The position numbers and the translations under genes are program-made. Source: the human T2T-CHM13v2.0 reference genome, Homo sapiens. From it: a stretch of 64,000 bases of DNA. Position 1 is the stretch's first letter; each line of letters opens with the position of its first letter. The stretch is taken from the NCBI RefSeq assembly GCF_009914755.1, contig NC_060934.1, one strand, 5' to 3'. Shown here one piece after another: positions 15,937 to 27,772 of this stretch. The notes beneath the pieces are model-generated. The model was not told where the DNA came from, searched no databases, and saw only the letters and a list, made by a program, of their open reading frames with translations.

Positions 15937-18900
15937 AGAAAATTAAAAATTTTCTTAAAACTAATACAGTTTTCAGATTTATATTTGTATATGTGTATGT
16001 ATACACATGTATGTGTATGCGTATCAAAAAATTATATATGAAATAAAAGTTGAGCCAATCTTTCAGAACATATAGTAAGATGTAGAAAATGTGAAAAAAC
16101 CTGGCTTTGGGCCAGGCCTTATAGATAATATTGCCTTATTAAGTCAGTCTGTCTTCTAGCTAGGGTCTACTTAATAAATTGAAATGAGAATGTGTTAAAT
16201 ATTACCAAACTTTTAAAAATGTATGTATTGCAAAAAGGGGACTGAAAATTGCCAGGCTGAAATGTCAATAAAAGAGATTTGCAAACCAGATTTTCACCTT
16301 CTCAAATTTATTTTTGAATAATGTATTTCTAACAATATTGATCATATTTTTGAATAGCTAGGATTTGTTATACTTTTTTGATTTATTTGTGGAATTTTTC
16401 TTTAAACTACTGTACAGCAAATGTTTTCTTTCACTTATGTAATTTTTATACTGTTCTAGAATTAAGTATTTCTGGTTTCTAGCCCAATTCTTCAGCTAAA
16501 TTATTAGGTAACCTTAATCAAGACAATTCAAGTCTCTGGGCCACCATTTTTATTATCTCTAACATAAGATTATATAGGCTATGTTACAGTTGATAATAGA
16601 TTCTATTTTGATTGCTTCGTAAATGCCAGGCTAATAAGATATTTTCATATATCATCTCTATTGAATTCCTGATGCAACATTATTACAAGAAAAATAAACT
16701 CCTTCTATTAAAGACAATAAAATTGAGTCTTAGTGTATTTAACTAGTTTGATCAATAGAAGCATTCATATCCAGGTCTATATTGGTCACTATGCCATTCT
16801 GCCTTCATGAAGTTCTAATAAAACCACTAAATTCCCCAACTCCCACCCCCAGAGGATTTTTGTTTTGTTTCGTTTTCAACACACACTCTACTCCACTTTC
16901 CCTTTAAATAGTCTGCAGCATCTGTTGTTCCCATGTTTATGTACATGTGTGCTCAGTTATTATCTCCCAATTATAAATGAGAACGTGCTGTATTTGGTTT
17001 TCTGTTCTTGCATTAATTCACTTAGAATAATGGCCTCCAGCTGCATCCTGTTGCTAAAAAGGCATGCTTTCATTATTTTTATGGCTGAATAGTATTCCAT
17101 GCTGTACATGAACCACATTTTCTTTCTCAATCTACCACTGATTGGCACTTAGTTTGAATATATGTTTTGATATTATAAATAGTGCAGCAATGAACATAAG
17201 AGTGCACGTGCACGTGTCTTTTTGGTATAATAATTTATTTTCCTTTGGGTATAAACCCAGTAATGAGATTGATGGATCTAATGGTACCTCTGCTTTAAGT
17301 TCTTTGAGAAATCTTCAAACTGCTTTCTGCAGTAGGTAGATTAATTTACAACTCCACCAACAGAGCATAAGCATTCCCCTTTCTCTGAAGTCTCAACAGC
17401 ATAGTTGCTTTTTGACTTTTTGATGATAGCCATTCTGACTGGTGTGAGATGGTATATCCTTGTGGTTTTGCTTTGAATTTCTCGATGATTAGTGATGTGG
17501 AACATCTTTTAATATGTTTGTTAGCCACTTATCTGTCTTCTTCTAAGAAATATCTGTTTCTATCCTTTGCCCATTTTGTAATACGGTTATTTGTTTTTTG
17601 CCTGTTGATTAGTTTAACTACCTTATAGATTCTCTATATTAGACCTTTGTCAGATGCAGAGTTTGCGAATATTTTCTCCCATACTGTAGTTTGTCTGTTT
17701 ACTCCGTTGATAGTTTTTTTTTGTTGTGCAGATTTTTAGTTTAATTAGGACCCTTTCATTAATTTTTGTTTTTGTTGGAATTGCTTTTGGGGACTTAGCC
17801 AAAAATTATTTGCAAAGGCCAGTGTTGAGATGGTTATTTCTTATGATTTCTTATAGGGTTTTGATGATTGGAGGTCATACATTTAAATCCTTAGTCTATC
17901 TTGAGTTGATTTTTGTTTATGTTGTAAGGGAAGGGTTCAGCTTCAATCCTCTACATATGGCTAGCCAGTTATCCCAGCATCACTTATTGAATAAAACTCT
18001 TTCTCCATTGCCTGTTTTGTCAACTTTGTCAAAGTTCAGATGTCTTTAAGTGTAGGGCCTTATTTCTGGTTCTGTATTATGATCCTCTATTTTGTGTGTC
18101 TGTTTTTGTACCAGTACCTGCTGAGTTGGTTACTGTAGACTTGTAATATAGTTTGAAGTTGGGTAGTGTGATGTCTATGGCTTTATTCTTTTTGCCTGGA
18201 ATTTCTTTGTCTATTCAAGTCCTTTTTTGGTTCCATATGACTTTCAGAATAGTTTTTCCTAATTCTGTGAAGAACATCATAGGTAGTTTGGTAGAAATAG
18301 CATTGAATCTGTAAATGTATTTGGGTAGAATAATCATGTTAACAATATTGATTCTTGCTATCCGTGTGCATGGAATATGTTTTCATTTGTTTGTGTTGTC
18401 TTTGATTTCTGTCAGCAGCATTTTTTAATTCTTGTTGTAGATATTTTTACCTTTCTGGCTTGCTATATTCATAGATATTTTATTTTTTGTTGGCTATTGT
18501 ATATAGGCTTAAATTCTAGAATATGGCTCTCAGCTTAGTTTTTTTGTTGTTGTTGTATAGAAATGCTACTAATTATTGTTCACTGGTTTTGTATACTGAA
18601 ACCTTGATAAAGATGTTTATCATATGAGGGAGTTTTTGGGCAGAAACTGGGGGATTTTTACATGTATAAAATAATATCATCTGTGAAGATAGAGAATTTG
18701 ACTTCCTCTCTTCCTATGTAGATGCCTTTGTTTCTTTCTCTTGCCTGATTGCTCTAGCTAGAACTTCCAGCTGAATAGGAATCATAAAGATGGGCATCCT
18801 TGTCGTGTTCTGCTTCTCAGGGGGAATGTTCCCAGCGTTTGCTCTTTCATCATGATGTTGATTATGGGTATGTCATAGACGGTTCTTATTATCTTAGGTT

Positions 18901-20473
18901 TCAATTCTAACTTTGTTGAAGATTTTTGACAAGAAAGGATGTTGAATTTATTGAAAGTTTCCTCTGTCTATTGAGATGATCATGTGGATTTTGTTTTTAG
19001 TTCTGTTTATTGGATGAATCACATTTACTGATTTACAAATTTCAAACCAACCTCACATCCCAGTAATAAACCCTGCTTGATTGTCACAGATTTGATGTAC
19101 TGCTGGATTTGGTTTGGTAGTATTTTATTGAGGATATTTGAGTTGATGTTCATCAGGGATATTGGCCTGAAGTTTTCTTTCTTGATTGTGTTTCTGCCAG
19201 GTTTTGGTATAAGAACAGTGCTGGCATCACAGCATGTTAGGGAGGAGTCCCGCCTCCTCATTTTTGGGGAAGAAATCTGGTAGGATTGGTACTAGTTCTC
19301 TTTATAGGTCTGGCAGAATTTGGCTGTGAATCCATCTGATCCAGTGCTCTTTCTGTTTGGTAGGGTTTTTATTATTGACTCAGTTTTGGAACATGTTATT
19401 GGTCCATTCAAGGTTTTTATTTATTCTTGGCTCAATCTTGGGAGTTTGTGTGTTTCCAGGAATTTATAAATTTCTTCCAGATTTTCTAGTTTGTGTGCAT
19501 GGAAGTGTTTATAATGGTCTCTGATAGTTGTCTGTATTTCTTTGGGGTTGGTGAAAATGTCCTCTTTGTCATTTTTTATTGTGTTTATTTGGCTCTTCTT
19601 CTTTTTTTCTTTATTAGTCCAGCTAATGCTATAACAATTTTATTTAATCTTTCAAAGAACTAACTTCTGGTTTGATTGATCTTTTGTATGATTTTTTTGA
19701 GGCTCAATTTCATTCAGTGCAGCTCTGATTTTTGCTATTTCTTTTCTTTTGCTAACTTTGGGGTTGATTTTCTCTTGTTTCTCCAGTTCCTTTAGTTGTG
19801 ATGTTAGGTTGTTCATTTGAGATCGTTCTAACTTTCTGATGTGAGCTTTACTACTATGAACTTTTGTCTTATTGCTTTAGCTGTGTCTTTGAGATCCTTA
19901 TGTTGTGTCTTTGTTTCCATTAGTTTCAAAGAATCTCTAGATTTCTGTCATAACATCATTGCTTACCCAAAAGTCATTAAGGAGCAGGTTGTTTAATTCG
20001 CATGTAATTTATGCATTTTTGAGAGATATTCCTGGTATTAAGTTCCATTTCTATTGAGCTGTGGTTTGAATATGTGGTTGGTAAGATTTTTTTTTAATTT
20101 GTTGATAATTGTTTTATGGATGAGCGTATGGTTGATTTTTGAGTATGTGCCATATGCAGATGAGAAGAAGAGAAGAATATGTATTCTGTTTTTGTTAGGT
20201 GGGTTGTTCTCTACATGTCTGTTAGAGCCACTTGGTTAAGTTTTGAGAGTAGGTCCAAAATATATTTGTTATTTTTCTGCCTCAGTTATTTGTTTTGTGC
20301 TATCAGTGAGGGGGTCTTGAAGTTTTCCACTATTATTTTGTGGTTATCTGAGTCTCTTTTAAGGTCTCTGAGAATTTGCTTTATGAATCTGGGTGTTCCA
20401 GTGTTAGTTGCATATATATTTATACTAATTAAGTCTTCTTGTTGAATTGAACCCTTTATCATTACATAATGAC

Positions 20474-20834
20474 TGATATGGTTTGGCTGTGTGCCCACCC
20501 AAATCTCATCTTGAATTGTAGCTCCCATAATTCCCACATGTTGTGGGAGGGACCCTGTGGGAGATAATTGAATATGGGGGCAGTTTTCCCTATACTGTTC
20601 TTGTGATAGTGAGTAAGTCTCATGAGATCTGATGGTTTTATAAGGGGAAACCCCTTTCACTTGGCTCTCCTTCTCTCTTTGCCTGCTGCCATGTAAGACA
20701 TGTCTTTCGCCTTTCGCCATGATTGTGAGGCATCCCCAGGCATGTGGAACTGTAAGTCAGTTAAACCTCTTTCCTTTGTAAATTACCCAGTCTCAGGTAT
20801 TTCTTTATTAGCAGTGTGAGAAGAGACTAATACA
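20474..20834 (+). mobile_element. THE1 (THE1B-like) solo LTR
   Basis: 'tgatatggtttggctgtg...gactaataca'; TSD atgac/atgcc. Confidence 0.92.
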
Positions 20835-20901
20835 ATGCCCTTCTTTGTCTTTTCTGATTTTTGTTTGTTTACAGTCTGTTTTGCCTGAAATTAGAATAGC
20901 A

Positions 20902-21717
20902 TATGAACAGACACTTCTCAAAAGAAGACATTTATGCAGCCAACAGACACATGAAAAAATGCTCATCATCACTGGCCATCAGAGAAATGCAAACCAAAAC
21001 CACAATGAGATACCATCTCACACCAGTTAGAATGGCAATAATTAAAAAGAGGAAACAACAGGTGCTGGAGAGGGTGTGGAGAAATAGGAACACTTTTACA
21101 CTGTTGGTGGGACTGTAAACTAGTTCAACCATTGTGGAAGTCAGTGTGGTGATTCCTCAAGGATCTAGAACTAGAAATACCATTTGACCCAGCGATCCCA
21201 TTACTAGGTATATACCCAAAGGATTATAAATCATGCTGCTATAAAGACACATGCACACGTATGTTTACTGCAGCATTATTCACAACAGCAAAGACTTGGA
21301 ACCAACCGAAATGTCCATCAATGATAGACTCAATAAAGAATATGTGGCACATATACACCATGAAATACTATGCAGCCATAAAAAAGGATGAGTTCATATC
21401 CTTTGTAGGGACATGGATGAAGCTGGAAACCATCATTCTCAGCAAACTATTGCAAGGACAGAAAACCAAACACCACATGTTCTCACTCATAGGTGGGAAT
21501 TGAACAATGAGAACACTTGGACACAGGAAGGAGAACATCACTCACTGGGGTCTGTCATGGGGTGGGGGAGGGGGGAGGGATAGCATTCGGAGAAATACCT
21601 AATGTAAATGACGAGTTAATGGGTGCAGCACACCAACATGGCACATGTATACATATGTAACAAACCTGCATATTGTGCACATGTACCCTAGAACTTAAGG
21701 TATAATTTAAAAAAAAA
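20902..21717 (+). mobile_element. 5'-truncated younger L1 (L1PA4-6-like) nested in the older L1
   Basis: [14 protein letters not shown]...SLIGGN, 3'UTR and A-tail; no TSD visible. Confidence 0.93.
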
Positions 21718-21742
21718 GTTCTTCCTCCATCCCTTTATTTTG

Positions 21743-21857
21743 AGCCTTCATTTCTTTGATGGATAATCTCTTTCCTCCCATGTGGGGACAGTGTTACTTT
21801 CATCAGACTCTGCCATTACCTATCAATTATAATCTAGAACCAATGAGGGGAGACAGG
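21743..21857 (+). repeat. 115-bp direct copy of 24773-24887
   Basis: Ungapped alignment with 3 mismatches, offset 3030 bp. Confidence 0.95.
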
Positions 21858-24800
21858 CCTGATGGGTTTCCTTTGTTGGTGACCTTCCCTTTCTCTCTAG
21901 CTGTGTTTAATATTTTGTTTTGTTTTGTTTTTTCTTTTCATCCATGTTGGCTTGCAGTATCTGACAAGTATTTGTCTCAGTGATGGTTGTCTTGTATAGT
22001 ATTTCACAGTGTTTCTGTGAATTTTCTGAATTTGAATGTTGACCCCACTGACAATGTTGGGAAAATTTTCATGAACTTTATCTTCAAATATGTTTTTCAA
22101 GTTGCTTTCTGTGTCTCTGCCTCCTTCAGAGACAATAGTGAGTCATAGGTTTGGTATCTTTATATCATCCCTTATTTCTCAGAGGTTTTATTCTTTATTT
22201 TATATTATTTTTTCTTTATTTTTGTCTGACTGAGTTGATTTGAATAACTGGTCTTTAAGCTCTGAGATTTCTTTCCTCTGCTTGCTCTGTTCTGCTCTTC
22301 ATATTTCCAGTGGCATTAGAAAATTCTAGTGAGTTTTTCAGCTCTATCAGATCAGTTTGGTTATTTCGTAAACTGGCTATTCTTTTAGCTGTTAGGGTAT
22401 TTTATTGGATTCCTTAGAGTCCTTGGATTAAGTTTTGATTTCTTCAGAATCTCGATGGACTTTGTTTTTATCCATATTCTGAATGCTATGTCTTTCATTT
22501 CAGCCTGGTTAAGAGCCTTTTTGGGGTGTTAGTGTGGTTGTTTAGAGGTAAGAAGACACTGTTGCTTTTGCAGTTGCCAGAGCTCTTGTGCTGTTTTTTT
22601 CTCATCTGTGTGGCCTGAATTATTCCTTTATCTCTGAAGTTGCTCTCTTTTGGGTAGGGTTTTTGATTTTATATTGTTTAATGCATTTGAGGATTAGACT
22701 GTAGTATAAGATGGGTTCAGTCCACTGAATTCATTTCTGGATGATTTCAGTGGGCCAACACTCCTCTCAGCACTCCTGTGCTGTGACTTCTAATCCTGCC
22801 TGGCTGATACCAGGCCCAGAGCTTCGTTCTCTGGCCCCTCAAGGCTAAGCACCTACTATACTGGAGGAGCCATGTTGTTCCCAGTCCACTGGCAACAACA
22901 CTCCAAGGGAGCATGCCAGTAAAAGCACTTTGTTGGAGTAGTGGCGGTGGATCTGTGCTTGTGAGCTTATGTTACTAGTGGTGGTATGGCAGAATCCACA
23001 CATACTAGCGCTGATGGGGTGATGTTGTGGTGGGGTATGCATGCTCTAGCAGTGGTGGAGCAATGGCATCCATGCAGGTGCACTCACACCCCTGCTGGTG
23101 ATGCACCATTTTCCACGTACACACATGTGCTGGTGGTTGCGGCACAGCAGGGTTCTTTCAGGCTGGTGGGGGTGGTGTGCCAAGTCTGCGTGCATATGCT
23201 AGCAACAGTGGTGGCAATGTGACAGTGTCCACAATCATGTGTGAGGCAGCAGCAGCAGGGGCATGGCTGTGTACACATGTGCCAATGTTGGGGGAGCGTA
23301 GTGACAGCAAGGTCTGCATACGCACATGCCTATGGCAACAACATGGTGGAGTGAGGCTGTTGGTGAGTTTACATTGGTAAAGACCTGTCTGCTAAAGCTC
23401 TCCAATGGTTAGAGAGTTCTGCCAGTGAACGAGCTATGGTGGTGGTCCCCAAGATGTGCCATGATTGAGCATCCAAGTCTGTGTTGCAAGTGGATACAGA
23501 GAAGCAGGAACCTTAGGAGAGACCAGCAGGCAGGAGGGTGCTCAGATTGGACTTTTCCCATTCCATGGGCAAGACCACTCTGCTTTGTCCTGGTTTTACC
23601 ATCAACAAAAGGTAAAGCCACCTAGAAGACCATGGTAAGTCTTGAGGCATGGATGTTGCTGGTTGTGCTCTACTGCAGCCATTACTGGTTCAAAACTGTC
23701 GGGAGTCCTGTTCCTGTCACCTCTCCATGCAGCTCTCCTTGTCAGCTCAAATGTCCATGGGGGTAGTGGGGTCTCATGCAACTAGGAATCCTGAGGTACA
23801 TGGAGAGAACAGACCATTCCTTGTCTAGTTAACTCACTCTTCCTCCCCTCTCAATGCCCTCTCTCCAAAGTTCTGCTCAGGGTGTGCCTGTCTTCTTGAT
23901 TATCTGATCTCTCAGTGGGAGATGCTTTTCCTGGCTGCATCTATTTTGTCACCATGGGATAAATTTAAAACATCAAATGGATTAGATTTGACTACTCTGA
24001 AAAAAATAAAATAGAATAAAAAGAAACAGATAAAGGACTATCCAGAATAGGAGAAAATTATAATTGTGTTCAGTTTCTATGCAGGATAATTGCGTCTTCT
24101 GCAGTATTTGGATAATCAAGATGTCTTCTATTTACAGCAAAGTTTACATAAAATTCAAAATATGTTTATTATTCAGGGAACATTTATTAAGTACCTGTTT
24201 ATACTAAGCAATATAAAATGAGGAATTATTCAGAGGTATTCATATTGGAAATATTTAATACATATGCATAAAACTGAAATAAAATAATACCAATGATTAA
24301 AAAGAGGATAATGACCTCAGACATCTTAGAAAAGTATGTAAATAACTAAAACCGTGAAAATACACAGATACGAGATTGTGAGGGATAGTACTGACAATGA
24401 TCTCACTTGTGCATGCCCTAATTACAGACATTCTCATTCACTCTTTTTAAAATTATCCAGTGTCTTCTAAACGCCACATGCTTGCATGTTAAATACAGGT
24501 CCTGCATTTCCAGTCTTTAACCCGTGACAGTATTGTTTAAATGGTAATGTCTGTAAATTGGTTCTGAGATAATTTCAAGTAAGAGGTACAATCTCAGTGA
24601 TTTACAAAACAAAAATTTATCTGTTCTTCATGTGAAATCCATGGCAGGATTCTTAGTTGGGTAGTTTTCGTACTTGCTATCATTTAGATAAGCCTAAGGG
24701 ACTTTGTTTCAATAGTCTCAAAATCCATTCCTAAGCAAATTATTCTAGTTCCAGTTGGTACAAATTTGTCATAGCCTTCATTTCTTTGATGGATAATCTC

Positions 24801-24908
24801 TTTCCTCCCATGTGGGGACAGTGTTACTTTCATCAGGCTCTGCCATTACCTATCAATTATAATCTAGAACCAGTGAAGGGAGACAGGGGCATCTTTTCAG
24901 GGGAATAA

Positions 24909-25354
<446 letters not shown>

Positions 25355-25450
25355 TTATTATGCATTTATCTTCCTGTATTAAAATAAGTATTTCATGCAC
25401 CCCATAAATATATGCACCTACTATGTACCCATAAAAATTGAAATTGACTA

Positions 25451-25792
<342 letters not shown>

Positions 25793-26683
25793 TCACAATT
25801 CTCAAACACATCCAGCCAAATGCCTCATCCTAGGCCTCAAAGGTCCTAATTCTTCTTTATTATTGCCCTGACTTTTGAGTTGGAGACCTATAAGAGTTCA
25901 TCATAATCCAGTCTCTCTTCAAATTCTGCACTTTTACTATGAAATATTTGGCCTGACTTTAAGTATAGCCTGTCCTTCAGTTATGGAAATTGAGGTTCCT
26001 CTTAAACACTGCCATAAGTATATTATAGCTTTCTCATGTTATACCCTAAATTGATAATTTGCTTACCTGGATAGCTCATCTTTTTTTCCTTCAGGGTTTC
26101 AAAATAGTTTGCAACAGGCAGACAACTCCACAGCTCTTATGATTACTCTTTCTAGAGCTATTGCATAAGCCAGTGAATTCCTAAAATTATATTCCACCTT
26201 GATGACCACAGGTCAGAGTTTTAGTAATTGTGATATTATAGCACACCACCATTTATCATTGCTTCATCGAGGACATCCTCATTAATATATGCTCAGAAAG
26301 TAATCCAGTTCTTCTAAGTCTATGCATGGCTACTACTTCCTAGGAATATTTCCAGTATCAGTTGTTCTGAGATACATTTCTCCAGCAATAAACTGAAAAA
26401 CCTTTGCATGTTCTAATCTAGTAGTTATTTGTAAGGTAAAAGGTGAGTGGAAAATTGATGAAAGGTTGATGAAAGCCAATGTAGTATGCTTTGTTTAGCA
26501 ATTTACAACTGTAAGCAACTGAAATTTTTGAAACTGGATTTTGTAGTCACTTGCAGCCAAATGTAATCTTAACTAATAGAATCTGTTGTTTACTATCAAG
26601 AGCTCTGAATGCTCAGGTACATTTATTGAGTTTTTTCTTTGTGACAGGCACTGTGCTAAGTATTTTATACACACTGCTATTTG

Positions 26684-27769
26684 GTTTTTTTTTTTGAAAT
26701 TCAGGAAATTTATTTACATGATTCATTGCATTAATAGAGCAAAGAAAATATAATATTATGTTGATCAATGCAAAAAAGCAAACAACAACAACAAAAACCC
26801 TTCAGAAAGATCAATACTGTGTGGTGAAGGGCTTTTTAACCTCAAAGTCATCAACCGTAAGGTGGCACTTTGATTAATTTGATACCAAAATTTAAGGGTT
26901 TCACTTTTATGAAGGTCACCACATACACAATTCATAGGCAGCCAGTAGGATGAAGAAGATATCTGCAATTCTAATATTGACGAGCTACTCTCTGAATATA
27001 ACTTACTCTTGCATATCAACAAGAAAAAAGAAATCCAAAACGGTACAGATAGGTAAGTTACTAAAGAGGAAAATCAAAAGGCCAACAAGTATATAAAGGT
27101 GAGATAGGAGGCAGAACTTGACTCTGGAGGTGGGGCTTGGACATCCGACCAAATTGAGGATTAGCTAAAACAGGTTGGGGCAGAAGCACCTGCCCATAAG
27201 ACAGGCCCACCAGTGTGCTGTGGCAACACCCAGAAATTACCACTTCTTTCCACGGCAACGAGGAGACAACCTGGAAGTTACTACTCTGATTCTAGAAATT
27301 TCTGCATAAACTGCCTCTTAATTTGCATATAATTAAAAGTGGGTATAAATAGGAATGAGTGCTGGAGTGCCTCTGGGCTGCTATTCTGGGCACACTGCCT
27401 ATGGTTAGCCCTGTTCTGCAAGGAGCAGTACCACTGCTGCTGCTGTACACTGCAGCTTCAATAAAAGTTGCTGTTTAACACCGCTGACCCACCATTGAAT
27501 TCTTTCCTGGAGGAAGCCAAGAATCCTCCTGGGCTAAACTCGGATTTAGGGGCTTGCCTGTCCTGTATCAAAGGGATGTCCAATTCAAATAATCAGGGAA
27601 ACGAATATGAACACAACAATTAACACTTCTGAGAAGTCATCAAACTGTTTTTAAAGGGCCAGAGAGTAAATATCTTAGGCTTAGCAGGCCATATTGCCCC
27701 TTTGCAATTACTCAACCCTGTCACAGTAGCATGCAAGCAGCCTAGGCAATACATAAACAAATAGGCATG
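26684..27769 (-). mobile_element. Retroposed composite insertion (poly(A), AATAAA, 8-bp TSD) interrupting a MIR
   Basis: gctatttg at 26676-26683 and 27770-27777; T11 at the left end; empty site in the other arm near 55870-55890. Confidence 0.85.
27100..27570 (+). mobile_element. ERV1 solo LTR (MER66-like)
   Basis: TG...CA ends, TATA-like 'tataaata', AATAAA near 27459, perfect 4-bp TSD aagg. Confidence 0.85.
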
Positions 27770-27772
27770 GCT
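27632..27772 (+). mobile_element. MER58A hAT fragment, truncated
   Basis: 'aaagggccagagagtaaatatcttaggcttagcaggccata...ggcatggct'. Confidence 0.8.

Larger units (their letters stand above)
16860..23955 (-). mobile_element. Near full-length old primate L1 (L1PA15/16-like) with a long GC-rich 5'UTR; contains nested THE1 and L1 and an internal deletion
   Basis: Antisense 3'UTR, ORF2 ([11 protein letters not shown]; MIKGSIQQEDL), ORF1 (KNIFEDKVHENFPNI) and a GT-rich 5'UTR at about 22.6-23.95 kb. Confidence 0.9.

Noticed and set aside
20286-20720. 144-aa ORF fusing THE1 to L1 endonuclease sequence
   Set aside because: Chance frame across an insertion junction in a decayed L1.
22845-23625. GC-rich stretch with several ORFs resembling a promoter or exon
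   Set aside because: It is the repetitive 5'UTR of the old antisense L1 and is CpG-depleted.
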